Source of the DNA: a virus
Taxonomy: Duplodnaviria > Heunggongvirae > Uroviricota > Caudoviricetes
Strand: one strand, 5' to 3'
DNA length: 59,158 bases
IMG/VR virus record: IMGVR_UViG_3300014024_000069
Coordinates: 1 to 59,158 of that record
Below are positions 21,330-33,115 of the stretch, piece by piece. Within the stretch, counting starts at the first letter, position 1; every line of letters begins with the position of its first letter. The position numbers and the translations under genes were made by a program. The notes below the pieces were generated by a model. It had not been told where the DNA came from, made no database searches, and saw only the letters and a list, made by a program, of their open reading frames with translations.

Positions 21330-22961
21330 ATGAACAATCTGAACGAACTTAGAGAACTATTAGCAGAATGGGCAGAACATATCCCATCTGACCAATTTGA
21401 GGTTTCAGTGAGGGCCGTTGAACCCTCTAACAATTTCAGGATAAATCAGCCAGTGGTGTATGCGGACATTACACCGCTAGAAGACATGAACAATACTCTG
21501 GTAGTAAAAGCATGGATCATTGGGGCAGAGCAAAGCGAAAGCACAAACATCAAATCGCGTAGCGGTATCGTACGCTTTATGATGTATAGCGAAAACGCTT
21601 CCAGTCTCGTTGGGTTTAATGAGAATCCACTACTCTGTGTGGAAGCGAGAAACATTCCACTAACAATCAAAGCACGCCTCAGCGTCTTGCACCAATCAAT
21701 CACACAGGCATATGCAGGTGATGAAGGCATGTTTGCTAAAAATGTTGCCCGAGCATTTGTTGAAAAGTCCATTGAACATCAATGGGCAAAAGACTTGTTC
21801 GTCTATGATATTAATGCAATGGAAGGCGTTTTTGACGCGCTCCGCAAGCATGTTGACGACTGGGACTTTGTGAAGTCCATTGAGGTGAAAAACAGCGGTA
21901 ACAGCGAACACTCCAGCTTTAACCTCATTAGGAGAAATTACCATTTCCTAACAGAAAACACCTCCATTCCGCTAGAGTCCACGCAGGGGCTAGTGTGTCT
22001 AAAAATCAACGAAGACACACAAAGGCAAATCAAAACCCTAGACGCGGGGAAGATTTTTGATGCACTGGTAGCTTTTTGCAGTGGAGGACTAGATGATTTT
22101 AATGAATTTGATTATGTAGGCACCCCAAGCAATAGCCTTCCAGAGGAGGCAGAGAAAACTGGGATTGAGGCGAAAGACCCCGATAACGACAAGAGGCTGG
22201 CGGAATCAGCAAAAGAACAAGAAGAACTACAGAAGGGCCTTTTCGCTGTCGCTGCAGCTGCAGTAACTCCTCACAGTGCCATCCCGCGCCGAAACACCCT
22301 GTCAATCCACAATGATGCGTGGGGCGACAACCGCAGTGCCACCATCACTGCAAAATCGCCACGCAAAGTAGGCAACGTGCATCCATGCCTCATCATGAAA
22401 ATCACCGAAAATAAGTCAGAAGAGAAAATGGAAGTGGAGGCTGTACTATCAGATTCCCTTCCTGACAACGGGCGGAAAATCGTCACCCATAGTGTGTATG
22501 CGTCGGAGTTCCCGCAGGATGAATACACGATCTTCTACGAAATCGTGAGCACGCTTAATGTCTTCAACACTGTGATCGCTGGTACCAGTGCCAGCGACGG
22601 GATTTCCGACGTGGCGGAGATGCTGGCGCGCCGCAAAGAGGAAACTCTGGCAGATCACTCACTGAACATCACAAGACGCATCGCCAACGCTGGTGAGCTA
22701 CACCGCGTTCTCGCCACATATGCGCATTGGACCGCCGACCGTGACCCGCGTTTTACGATTAAGGCACTCGGTTTTGGCGACTTCCAAAGCACCACAATCA
22801 GGAACGGTGTCAAAAAGCTAAGCATTACAACCCCCTCCGATAACGCCGACGACGCTAAAGCGGTGCTTGAAATTTCAGGTGTGAGGCGAGTCGAAGTAAC
22901 CCGCCCAACCTATAAGGAGGCGCGAGACGAAATCGCCCTCATGATAGAAGAACTAGACTAG
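21330..22961 (+). CDS. Expanded alpha/beta paralog family protein
   Basis: SD AGGAGG; RIANAGELHRVL, VHPCLIMKI, PTYKEARDEI motifs shared with neighbours. Confidence 0.88.
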   Translation: MNNLNELRELLAEWAEHIPSDQFEVSVRAVEPSNNFRINQPVVYADITPLEDMNNTLVVKAWIIGAEQSESTNIKSRSGIVRFMMYSENASSLVGFNENPLLCVEARNIPLTIKARLSVLHQSITQAYAGDEGMFAKNVARAFVEKSIEHQWAKDLFVYDINAMEGVFDALRKHVDDWDFVKSIEVKNSGNSEHSSFNLIRRNYHFLTENTSIPLESTQGLVCLKINEDTQRQIKTLDAGKIFDALVAFCSGGLDDFNEFDYVGTPSNSLPEEAEKTGIEAKDPDNDKRLAESAKEQEELQKGLFAVAAAAVTPHSAIPRRNTLSIHNDAWGDNRSATITAKSPRKVGNVHPCLIMKITENKSEEKMEVEAVLSDSLPDNGRKIVTHSVYASEFPQDEYTIFYEIVSTLNVFNTVIAGTSASDGISDVAEMLARRKEETLADHSLNITRRIANAGELHRVLATYAHWTADRDPRFTIKALGFGDFQSTTIRNGVKKLSITTPSDNADDAKAVLEISGVRRVEVTRPTYKEARDEIALMIEELD

Positions 22962-23192
22962 CGCGCTGGCACCCAACGCAGCCACGTCAACGATGAAGGT
23001 AAACACCCACGGCAGCGCAAAAGGACTGGATGCTTCTCGCCCCCTCATGCTGCCGTGAGTATCTTTTGCTCCTCACTACAACAGGGGAGGGGCGCATAGA
23101 GGAACCCAGCCGCATGACTTGAACCGCGATGGCTCGATACCATGAACAAGCGCAGGCACCTTCATTAATCTAATTAGGAAGATAAACAGAGT

Positions 23193-24881
23193 ATGGGAAC
23201 CATTAATAAGATCACATCACCAGAAGAACTTTTTGCTGCCGTAGAAAAGGAATGCTGCGACATTCCTAGTGACTATGAAGTCAAAGTAACACTGCAGGAT
23301 TTTGGCGAGAAGATGGCTTGTGGTAATGAGCGTGTATATATTGACATTACGCCCGCAGGCAATAAATATTGTGACGTAGTGTCAATTGAGCTAATTCTGC
23401 ATTCAGAGGATGAGTACTTTTTAGAGAAAAAGGTATCTTTCGCTGTAAGCTGCACAAGAAGTGGGCAAGGTGAAATAAATGTGTTGAACGGATGCTTCGT
23501 CAACACTTACGAAGAGCTTTCTCATTTCGTCAACACTCTTCTTCACTATCTTGCTTCCGTAAGACCGATAATCTTTAATCCTGGGTTTATCAAGCAAATC
23601 ATCAGGCACGGACTTCACCACAATGAATGGGACATCGAAATTTTCGACAAAACACCTACTGCAATGCAAATGGTCATTAGCCATGCTTTAAGTATTTTGA
23701 GGAGGAATGGAACTCACGTTGTAACAAGGCGCATGAAGAATGACAATAAGTGTGACACTCAGCCTGTTTCAGAATGGGATGCCTTAATAGCGCACACATT
23801 CCGGGAAGGCGGCAACGGACGAGGGCATCTTGTTACCGTATGGTCAGATCGTCGGGGACGTGCGCGCGTAAAGACGCAAGGCACTGACTATGAGATCAAC
23901 CGAACACACGCATACGACATTTACCACGCGGTATTCCAGCTTGCCGAAAAGGAATTAAGCGAGCTGATCACAGGCGATCCCCTGTCCTTGCTGAAACCCA
24001 TTGAAACCGTCAACCACCACCAGCAATGGGAGTTTCTACCAGAATGGGCAAGGTTTAACTACGGGTGGGAACATCTCACAACAGAAAAAGCTGTTGACAT
24101 GCCAAAACTGCTGGAGTCCCTACAAAGCAAACGCAACTACGTGGGGCGCGCAAACGACATGAAAACAGTCACTGCTCATAGTGACAATTACACAAACTCA
24201 AGCGAGTGGTATTCCGAGTATGTTGTTGAGGTAAAAAGCCACCTAACCATCAACCACTTGACCCCAACAATGGTGGTGCACGTCAAAACAGAACAGCCCA
24301 GCCACTACCGTGACATGGTACTCATAGAGGTGTCTGTGCACTACGACAAAGACTACTTCCCTGATGTTGAAAACGTGATCTCCATCTGGGTGCCCCATAA
24401 TGTGCTGAACATCTACCGCGTGCTCCATGAGCTGATACTAGTGTTCAACAACTGCGTGAAACGCAATGCTGACGGCAACCCCCACATAGCTGCTCTCGCG
24501 CACTCAATGGCGCGGGAGGCGTACATGAAGACACAGAAAGTATCTCCAGCAGCGCAGGCCCGCATCACCAATAGGGCGCATCTCGTCAATGTCACGCTAT
24601 CGGAAATTTATCAACTTCTTAACAAGGAACCAGAGATACAGCTCAACATTGCGGAAAAAGCAATTGTCCCCAGCAATGATGTCACTGTGTGTATATCTTC
24701 TAGGAACAACGATGGAACATTGACCATAGCAGGGGGAGCTGTACCAAAAATCCTCATCCAGTTGGGTTACAATATCCTCACGCTAAAGGAAACTCCCACT
24801 CGCGGTGAGATAACAGAATTTATAGATGAACTGGTGGCGCTTCTGAAAGAAACACCATTGGGGAGCCAGCAAGACGATTGA
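23193..24881 (+). CDS. Expanded alpha/beta paralog family protein
   Basis: RITNRAHLVNV, LTPTMVVHV, PTRGEITEFIDEL. Confidence 0.88.
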   Translation: MGTINKITSPEELFAAVEKECCDIPSDYEVKVTLQDFGEKMACGNERVYIDITPAGNKYCDVVSIELILHSEDEYFLEKKVSFAVSCTRSGQGEINVLNGCFVNTYEELSHFVNTLLHYLASVRPIIFNPGFIKQIIRHGLHHNEWDIEIFDKTPTAMQMVISHALSILRRNGTHVVTRRMKNDNKCDTQPVSEWDALIAHTFREGGNGRGHLVTVWSDRRGRARVKTQGTDYEINRTHAYDIYHAVFQLAEKELSELITGDPLSLLKPIETVNHHQQWEFLPEWARFNYGWEHLTTEKAVDMPKLLESLQSKRNYVGRANDMKTVTAHSDNYTNSSEWYSEYVVEVKSHLTINHLTPTMVVHVKTEQPSHYRDMVLIEVSVHYDKDYFPDVENVISIWVPHNVLNIYRVLHELILVFNNCVKRNADGNPHIAALAHSMAREAYMKTQKVSPAAQARITNRAHLVNVTLSEIYQLLNKEPEIQLNIAEKAIVPSNDVTVCISSRNNDGTLTIAGGAVPKILIQLGYNILTLKETPTRGEITEFIDELVALLKETPLGSQQDD

Positions 24882-25105
24882 CACAACCTGTATTAGGGCA
24901 ATCCCGCGTCACTTGCATGCACCACGATAGACGCGATTGAGTGGAATCCCATGCTGCTTGTCCAAGCCCCCTCGTCATGTATGTAGCACGATGGGGCTTT
25001 TGTGTGAGTGCCGCCTCCTACGCAAAATGCCCCATCTGGGGGTACCAGCACGTCAATGATTGATTATCCTTGCGGATACTTAAACTAATCAGTAAAGTAG
25101 ACGAT

Positions 25106-25444
25106 GTGAGCACAGAAGAAAACAAGAAGCCCCAGCGTGGGGTGGAATTTCCGACGGTGAACCAAATGATGGTTCTGTCGGAAGTTCACACTCACGGCGG
25201 TTTCGCCAAAGCGTCACGAGCAATGGGAACACCCAACTCTTATGCCAAGGTGACGGTGAGCAAGTTGGAACGCAAGCTAGGCGTTCAGCTCACCGCCCCG
25301 ACAGGGCGTGGCAGGGCGATTGAGTTCACCCGTGTTGGTGAACAAATAGCACAGATGTCTGAGGAGGTTGTTTACTTACTCCAGCAGATTAAGCGACTTG
25401 TAGATGCCGAAAAAGAAATAAGGGAAAGCAAAAAGGAAGGATAA
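25106..25444 (+). CDS. LysR-type HTH-only protein (paralog 3), probably leaderless GTG
   Basis: PTVNQMMVLSEVHTHGGFAKASRAMG...VSKLERKLGVQL...FTRVGE; TAAAGT-N7-GTG. Confidence 0.88.
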   Translation: MSTEENKKPQRGVEFPTVNQMMVLSEVHTHGGFAKASRAMGTPNSYAKVTVSKLERKLGVQLTAPTGRGRAIEFTRVGEQIAQMSEEVVYLLQQIKRLVDAEKEIRESKKEG

Positions 25445-25449
25445 TTACA

Positions 25450-26675
25450 ATGCAAGAACTAAAAGAAATGTGCACACAATGGGTAAACAAAAAGGAAATC
25501 CATGAGGATTTTACCGTTGCGGTTGAGACGGTTCCCGTAGTCGGGAATCCACATGCCGCGCCAGAAGTCTTTGTTGATTTCATCAACAAGGCTCAAGGGC
25601 GCACCGTCACCGTGAAACTGCATGTTGATGAAACCACAACAAGGAAAGACTCTGATCGCCCTGCGCAGGTTAGGGCTGAACTGCAGCGCAGTGTATTGTC
25701 GGGTGGGTACGATTCCGTATTGGCGTATGCTGAGCTGCCGCAGGAAGAAGTCGCGGTTTTCGCTCTTCTTGACCACGTGAATCAATTTCTCCAAGGAAAC
25801 CATGAAGAAGACATGGTGATTGTTGACATCAAAAAGGCATTCATTGTTAATGCTGACGACAAAATTAATGTGGAACCTTGCTTCACGGTTGGGCTGCCTG
25901 CAAACAACGACGGTGGTCTAAAAGACCACCGCGGTGATGCTGTCAGCACTCAGCTAATCGTTGAGGATGCACTATGGGCGCATAATTCATGTATGCGCCG
26001 TAACAATGTTCATATGTTCGTAGATCCGTGGACGGGAACGGTTTTTGCCGAGGCGTCTCCGAAGATGTGGGATGACAAGTCGCCCCGTCCTGTCCTGATG
26101 ATGCGAATCATTGATCATAAGTACGATGATGACAGCAAGTTTATTGAAGTTGACGCTGTGGTGAAAAGCATTGACGGAGTGACGGGCATTTCCAATGCAA
26201 CACTGGTGAAGGTTCCTAAACAAACAGGACACGTCTACAGTATTGTACATGACATGGTAAAGCTTTTCAACAAGGCCATTTACACCACAGTCAACGATGA
26301 CAAGGAAGCGGACGTGGCATCAATTGCCGAGTATATCGGATGGAAGTCCTGTATGCATTTTGTTGCCCTAACTGGGAAGGCGGCCACGGTGAACATTACC
26401 AACGCTAATGTGCTTTTCGGCACCATCAAAGGGGAGCTATTTACCTCCTTTGCTATGGGGAAAAACGCTTCCTTTGAGCATCACCAGGTGGAGAACTGGA
26501 TTCAGGAATTATTCTGAAATCTGGTACGAAAACCGCTCGGATTCAGGCTGTGCCATGTAAAAGCAGCATAGGGAGAGTGTTTCTGCGTAATGACTATAGC
26601 ATCATTGCCGACCCGACCGTTAAAAATGTTCAAAGATTCGTTAAAGAAACGCTTGACTTTCTCAGTCGTCAGTAG
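25450..26675 (+). pseudogene. Paralog-family gene with a -1 frameshift near 26476-26510
   Basis: ORF stops at 26517; the -1 frame continues ILKSGTKTARIQAV...ADPTVKNVQRFVKETLDFL*, matching the family C-terminus. Confidence 0.75.
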
Positions 26676-26764
26676 CTACGGATATAAGTAAGTTCCTTGT
26701 GTAAAACCGCGCCCCATGAAGTGTGGGGCGCGGTGCAAACAACCTATAGAAAGAGAGAAAGAAA

Positions 26765-28036
26765 ATGGTATCTGGACCAATAAGAAATGGGAAGAAGCTT
26801 TTTGAAGTTGTTCAATATGGCTTTAAAAACTATACAGGTAAACATTACTTATTTAAAAGCATTTTCGTACCTAAGTACGAGGGCACTTTCCCAGTAAATG
26901 GAAAAGGATCTGTTGAGACTTTGGTTTTCTCGAAACATGATAGAGATAAAAGTGATGTTTTTAAGATCACTACATCGCTTAATGAAGGTGTAATTGACGC
27001 TACGTTTTCGCACGTTGTGAGCAGTAATGCACAGCGTGATCTTTTGAGAATTGAAGGTATCCCCGCTGCCTCGTATGATGTCCGCGAATATCTAACTCGC
27101 ATGGTAGTAGTCATTATTTTGCTGGTAGATGAATTGATTGAAAGCGGCAAAGAAATCCAGATAGTTGAATATGTCACCTTGAAAATAATGGATGCTCTTC
27201 TTAATCAAGAGGGCATACGGGTTGTTCCGCTCAGTAGAGGTGTAGCTGACCATCTCATCAAAAAGGCAATCAATACTTTCGACGTATTTGAAACATACTG
27301 GGGCGTTGATCGTCCAAATGTAAACGTTCTACCTTTTCACAGAAACGGGAATCTGTGCTATGAGTTGACGCACAACAAGTCTGGGAACATCATCCACCTA
27401 GAAACGAGGAGCAATGGAGGCATCTTTTTCAGGGTTAAGGATAACCTTGACGGAATTGATGGAAAATCAGCGAAAGATGTTTATGATGCTATCTCCCAAT
27501 TTGTTGAAGACGGCACTCTACCGGAAAAGATTAACCTGACTGAAGCCGATTTAAGTTTTGATGGTTTCATGGAAGATTTTTGGGAGGAGTACATCTCTCC
27601 TATTTGTCGAAACTATAAACTACAAAACAGTTTCCTCTCCCATCCAGAAGGGCATAAATCTTTCTTTAAAAAAGAAGATGGATGCAAAAGATCTTTAAAT
27701 ATAGATCTCACTGCACCGAAAGATGAAGAAAAGCTTGTAAAATTCTCTGTTTCTTTTAAAAGGTCAGTGGAATCAGGCAAGTGGATTTCCGATTTTCATG
27801 TAGCTGATTTTTATGTTCCTTTAAATGAGGTATACTTGTTTGATTTGTACAAGAACGTTATTGAGTTTTTCAATAATGCTTCTGGGCATGATAAAGACAT
27901 TGACGTTTCCGCCAATTTGGAAAATAGTTTAAGAGAATTTGCCTACAATTGCTGTTACATTAAATCTTTCGATATTCTGACAGGTGAGCGTGAATGCACA
28001 AACAAAAACGGGAATATTATCTGGAGGCGTACATAA
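26765..28036 (+). CDS. Expanded alpha/beta paralog family protein (AT-rich)
   Basis: 423-aa ORF; PIRNGKKLFEVV and SAKDVYDAISQF resemble motifs in 23193..24881. Confidence 0.85.
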   Translation: MVSGPIRNGKKLFEVVQYGFKNYTGKHYLFKSIFVPKYEGTFPVNGKGSVETLVFSKHDRDKSDVFKITTSLNEGVIDATFSHVVSSNAQRDLLRIEGIPAASYDVREYLTRMVVVIILLVDELIESGKEIQIVEYVTLKIMDALLNQEGIRVVPLSRGVADHLIKKAINTFDVFETYWGVDRPNVNVLPFHRNGNLCYELTHNKSGNIIHLETRSNGGIFFRVKDNLDGIDGKSAKDVYDAISQFVEDGTLPEKINLTEADLSFDGFMEDFWEEYISPICRNYKLQNSFLSHPEGHKSFFKKEDGCKRSLNIDLTAPKDEEKLVKFSVSFKRSVESGKWISDFHVADFYVPLNEVYLFDLYKNVIEFFNNASGHDKDIDVSANLENSLREFAYNCCYIKSFDILTGERECTNKNGNIIWRRT

Positions 28037-28165
28037 CCCTCTGCGGCGCACCTTTCGCCCCCTGATGTGCTATAGCATAGTCAGGAATGGTGAGCGCACC
28101 CAATCAATACGAAAACACACACCTGCTCAGAACAAGTAGCCAATATAAGGAAGTGGGAAACTTTT

Positions 28166-29773
28166 ATGAACATGCAAGAAAAATTCAAACAATTGTCGGA
28201 AAAACTCAGTGAGAAATACCATGTTATTGGTGTCCATGAGCTAGGGAAAGACGAAATAACTACCACCTACATGGACATCCAAGGCACCTATGGTGATCAT
28301 TCGTCCATTTTGTCTATAAGAGCAGACGAGTTCATGGGCAGCAATGGGGTAGGGAAGTTAGCGTTCACCTTGTCATTCCCCTATGTTATTGGCACTTTAC
28401 TGAGGGTGATGGTCCCGCCAACAAAGGCAGGTGTTGAAGGTTTCATGCAGGCACTAAAAGTAGTACTAGATGAAATCTCAAAGAAAACGTTCATTCTAGA
28501 TAAATATTACCCTGTTGACACTGCGGTGCGCGTGGCGAGAATCTGCGGCAAAAATCGGATTGGTGGGGTATACATGATGTCACCAATTTCTTCACGATGT
28601 TTTTACTCCACCGAGGAAGCACTTATGTTGGAGGACATTAAACTAGGATCGGCGCAGTTAACAGTTGACTTGAGTGCTTACGCTCTTAGCGTCTCCAGTA
28701 AGTACGAACTGGTTAAATCGTTCAACATAAAAGAAACTACTGTGCATGAGATACAGCATTTCATCCTGGACTACATTGAGAAAAACAAAAAGAACGATGC
28801 GGAGATAGTGTTTAAAGGCGATGGCAACGCGGTAGATACGGGCGACACCACCGGCGGCGTGGCAATATCCAGCGCCTCCAATATCGAGGAAGGTAAAACT
28901 CCACTACTACCCGTAGCTGACTGGAACACCATCAGCGATGAAGAGGTTCAGATGTTGTATGTCAACAACAATCCTGAGATTGCATGGCACGAGGAGAATC
29001 TGTTTGACATCGTTGATGATGTCACTGACGTACACTACCTGGAAGCACGCTTCATGGAAAGTGTCATGGTCACCGAAGCCAGCGATCAGAAGGTTGTACT
29101 GCGGGCTTGTTCTCATCGACGCGCCAAAAATGACGTGACCCCAGCAATGCAGATTGATGTTCTCCCTACAGAAAAAGGGCAAGTATCTCTTTGGGTGAGC
29201 ATTGGAGATGATGAAAAATTAGGAAAAACCCCACCTTCACGCCGTAGCCGTGCCTTAGCGGAAGAAGAGAAAACAACCTTTGATGTCATCCACTTGGAAA
29301 TGACACGGCATAGCATGGCGGGTGAGATTAAAGATGTGCTCCTCAAAATAATGCAGGCTTTCGACGAATCTCTGCGTTTTATTGATGGTGGTTGCTTACG
29401 GAAAACAGCACACCTCATGGCGAAGTCCATCCGTTGGCATATGGAAGAAATCAAATGGAAAACAGGGTTTACAAAAACCAACGTCACTAACATTGATGAC
29501 GCTATGGAGCTTGTTGAATATGAAGTATCACACATAATACATGCAAGTATGCGCGTAATGCATGATCTCATTCTGAGGAAAGACCACTACGCCCTATTCT
29601 CTCTGCACACTCGATCACAATTGGGAACCATTTCCATCAAGGAAGATGCCCATTTGGGTGTGTGTTTGGAAACCCTGCTGAATGACAGGTCACTGCGTAG
29701 CCACGTCTACCCAACACCAGATGAAATCACGAGTGCCGTCAGGGAACTAATCGGACACAAAATACTAAACTAG
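28166..29773 (+). CDS. Expanded alpha/beta paralog family protein
   Basis: VTPAMQIDV, NVTNIDDAMELV, PTPDEITSAVREL. Confidence 0.88.
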   Translation: MNMQEKFKQLSEKLSEKYHVIGVHELGKDEITTTYMDIQGTYGDHSSILSIRADEFMGSNGVGKLAFTLSFPYVIGTLLRVMVPPTKAGVEGFMQALKVVLDEISKKTFILDKYYPVDTAVRVARICGKNRIGGVYMMSPISSRCFYSTEEALMLEDIKLGSAQLTVDLSAYALSVSSKYELVKSFNIKETTVHEIQHFILDYIEKNKKNDAEIVFKGDGNAVDTGDTTGGVAISSASNIEEGKTPLLPVADWNTISDEEVQMLYVNNNPEIAWHEENLFDIVDDVTDVHYLEARFMESVMVTEASDQKVVLRACSHRRAKNDVTPAMQIDVLPTEKGQVSLWVSIGDDEKLGKTPPSRRSRALAEEEKTTFDVIHLEMTRHSMAGEIKDVLLKIMQAFDESLRFIDGGCLRKTAHLMAKSIRWHMEEIKWKTGFTKTNVTNIDDAMELVEYEVSHIIHASMRVMHDLILRKDHYALFSLHTRSQLGTISIKEDAHLGVCLETLLNDRSLRSHVYPTPDEITSAVRELIGHKILN

Positions 29774-30288
29774 CTGCGAAAGCCACCTACTTGCCGACGC
29801 TCCGACAGCTATATCTTGGTGTCTGACACTGGTTACCGTTTGCAGCGATGCGAGGCGCGTAACGCAACCACCTCCCATGCTCTGTATGGGTGCCACGCTG
29901 GTTGGCTGTAACAGCACAGTCCCGGCGCGAGTTTGCGTTTCTTCGGGTGCCTGGTTGAGGGAGGCAAGGTTGATACTAGCGGCGACGATAGTGGTGGTGT
30001 GCGGGGTTGGTATTCGCAGTTATGCTGCAACTGTTGGGACTAGTGCGCTCTTATGAACGGAGCTTCATGTGCCCCTATTGGGAGTGTCGCCGTTACTGCA
30101 GCGTCGGGGATGAGGGGTTGGCGCACCCACCACGTGGAGGCTCCCGATAGGGTGTCGCTGGGATGGTTTTTGTGGCAGGTGATTTGTTGCCCAGTGGGGC
30201 ACGCTTGGCGGGAATCCTGTTTGGCTTTCCTGTCGGGTGTTCGTATAGGGGTGGTGTAAATATGCTTTTAGCTTTACTTTTGCCGACT

Positions 30289-30403
30289 GCGGGGTTAATT
30301 TTCTTGCTGACGGTTGACAATAATTGATGAGCAACTTAATATAAATCATGTCAGCAACACAGGGGTTAGAAAAACCCGCTAGAAGTTCCAGAGGAGGAAC
30401 AAA
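30289..30403 (+). promoter_or_regulatory. Repeated promoter/leader module, copy 5
   Basis: GCGGGGT box; TTGACA(30314)-N17-TAATAT(30337)-AAATCATGTCAGCAACAC; GGGTT..AACCC hairpin; GTTCCAGAGGAGG. Confidence 0.9.
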
Positions 30404-30685
30404 ATGTTCGAGTTCAACATTGCAGAGGCTTTTGTCCGGGTCATCCTGAACGCCATCAAGGAAAACAACGAGAACATTAAGTTTGGAGCAAAATGGACAG
30501 AATTTAACGAAGGTCTTGGGTTAATCGAGATTAAAATCACTATCAACTACAATTTGGTTAAATTTGTTGCCGTAGGGCAAACTCTAAGTGTGTTTGTTGG
30601 CGACAATGGAGAGAAGAAAGTAGAAATCAAGGAAGATGACAATGAGTTTGATATTGCGGTGAAGATTATCGCAGCGTTAGACTAA
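30404..30685 (+). CDS. Small acidic hypothetical protein (cassette gene)
   Basis: Strong SD; terminator hairpin about 30694-30732. Confidence 0.82.
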   Translation: MFEFNIAEAFVRVILNAIKENNENIKFGAKWTEFNEGLGLIEIKITINYNLVKFVAVGQTLSVFVGDNGEKKVEIKEDDNEFDIAVKIIAALD

Positions 30686-31088
30686 ATCATCAGAGAAACC
30701 TCCTACCTCAATCCCATAGGTAGGGGGTTTCTTCATTTCTAGAAGGTGACTTTTAATGAGAAAGAGGAGGGCTTACCTTTGCTTCACGTCGCCCGGCAGC
30801 AGAGGTTAATCAGTAGTCCACGCCGCCATGCAGTGCGCACCGTCGCTGGAAGCCAAAGCGGCGCAACATCACGCTTTTGGTTAACGCTCTGAGTTGAGTA
30901 ACGACGCGGGCACAACATATCATGGTGGTGTACAGCGTAATCATTCCGTGCGCCCTTGGATTTGATCGACACGCGCTATAAAGTACGCGCTACTGGTGGC
31001 GACGTAGGTATACGCAAACACGACAGAATCCTTGTCCCCGCACCCCCTGTAGGTACAACCAGTAGAAATCCAGTAAGGAGAGAACCAA

Positions 31089-32443
31089 ATGAGTAACAAC
31101 CATATATCCGCACGCCCCACAGGTCTGCGTTCCACCCTGCCCCCAGGGCTTGGTCACCCCACCCTCGACTTGGTGCTTGAACGATGAGTGAAAAGGCTAT
31201 GCGATGAAAACGAGTTCCTTCACGCAGAATTGCATATAGTGAAACCAGAAGAGGCGATAATAGCGGATGTCAGCGACAGCACTTTTTATGTTGATATTTG
31301 CGCCAAATCTCCGCTACACACCGGTGGGATGACTATCAAGGCATGCCACGCAAAAATCCAGCATTCATCAAGCTGCATCAATGCTCCATCAGAAGATATT
31401 GTGCGTCTGACACTGATAGGAACCCAGGAAGAACCCCTACAAGAAATCCCGCGCCTGGTGATTGAAACAGGTGCCAATGTACGACCCTACGGTGCATCAG
31501 GGAAGCCGTGGACAGCGCTGCAATGGCAGACGATGACTGGAAAGTATCGCGCGTCGTGGAAAACATCATGAAAGCCACGCAGGCAACCGCACTGAACCCA
31601 CACACCCACAACATAGGCGATGTACGCATCATCAATTCCGTCAATGCTGTTAACGACAGCAAAACAGATACTGTAGGGAACTCCGATGGTGTCGCCATGA
31701 GTGAAGACTACGTGAGCATCATGAACGTGATAGAGGACGCAACGAACAGGCACCATGTCTGGGCGCGGGCGCTCCGAAACATTGACGTATTCGGTTCAGC
31801 TCAGAACTTCCAGCTTATCGTGAACAGCGACACCCTATTTAACAGGCAAGCGGTCATCACGATTGAACCGAACACGGAAGAAGGAATCATGGAGATCTCC
31901 ATGAAAATCCTCATGCCGTCACACCCTGACGGTGTAGGTGTCGTATTCGCCATAACCCCCTACCGGCGTGACGACGTAAGCCACGTTGTGCAGACGATGC
32001 TTCACCAATTTGACCGCAGTGCACGATTCACGCAAAATGGCACAAGCCAAGTCATGGCTGCTCACCTAGCGCACAATCTTCACCGTACCCTCAAAGCGTC
32101 AGCGTCCCTTCATATTGCCAACCCCGCCCACCTCATTGGGTTAATAGAATCAGTCATCTCTGAACACAAGAACTGTCACCCCAACAGCATCATCATCACA
32201 ACAACCACTGACAGGGACGAAACCACCATCACTGTTGCATCCCACACAGGAGTCGGTGAACTCGCCGTCGTGCCGAGCGGATGGAACGAAAAACCATCAG
32301 TAAAGCTGTCTGTCCTTGACGACGTAGATTGCCTATCACAGCGTATGACCTACGAAAACCTTACGGAAGACTACACCGACGCGACAATATGGGAGTTCCT
32401 GCACGAACTCACCAGCGGGCAGTACCCTAGGCTTGACTACTAA
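31089..32443 (+). pseudogene. Degraded paralog-family gene (frameshifts and an in-frame TGA); intact part 31508..32443
   Basis: SD TAAGGAG at 31089; pieces 31188..31571 and 31508..32443 overlap in different frames; HIANPAHLIGLI family motif. Confidence 0.7.
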
Positions 32444-32879
32444 GGGTTTCCTAGTCCCCTCTGATTCTTTCTGAGTTCATAAGAGCATGGAAGATAGGGG
32501 GGCGCGGGGCGGGGTGGTGTTGCGTAGTTAAGCGCGCTGACTATTCATCAGGCGGGCAACGGGACACAAGGCGACAGGACGCTACCCCAGGCAAAAGGCA
32601 GTCGCGCCTATAGTCGCACTGCAGGCTCCGCAATAAGGTATCGGTTGCCTACACTCACCAAAAACGCCGCAGCGTGCGCCCGTCACGACTCCCTTTAGCC
32701 CCTTAGCGCATGGCAGCGCGCAGGGGGGCGAAGTGTCCCTCCCCTTGGTGTGGTATGTGTTGTTTGTGCCCACTACACCAAGGGGTTTTTGTTGGTCGAT
32801 ATGCCACCCAGAGGAGTAAAATAGGGCATACATGGTCGGAAAGCCTGTGTATGTAACCGAACGGGAAGAAGAGGGTGAA

Positions 32880-33115
32880 ATGAACTCATCAACGAACAAA
32901 ACTTACCCCTATCAGAGCAGTATCACGAGGGAGGCATCAAAACGCGCATTAGCTGAACTTGAAAAATGCACTCCAGGAAAACCATGCTGAGGGAAGATCT
33001 CGCAAAAACAATAGCCCCCGACGACTGGCATACCGCAGTCAAAGTCATCGATGATCTCGCATACCTGCAGCGAATCACCATCACCAGCGACCATGAGCAC
33101 ATCAGGAAAATCTAA
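32880..33115 (+). pseudogene. Small gene split into 32880..32990 and 32984..33115 (possible winged-helix protein with a -1 shift)
   Basis: Manual translation ...ALAELEKCTPGK / MLREDLAKTIAPDDWHTAVKVIDDLAYLQRITIT. Confidence 0.4.

Noticed and set aside
22996..23067. Large-loop hairpins after genes (also 7376, 36571) as independent ncRNAs
   Set aside because: They sit right after stop codons with T runs and no promoter of their own; terminators are the simpler explanation
26456..26480. GGGGAAAAAC as a programmed -1 slippery site
   Set aside because: The -1 frame hits TGA near 26475 before the homologous C-terminus, so the break must be downstream
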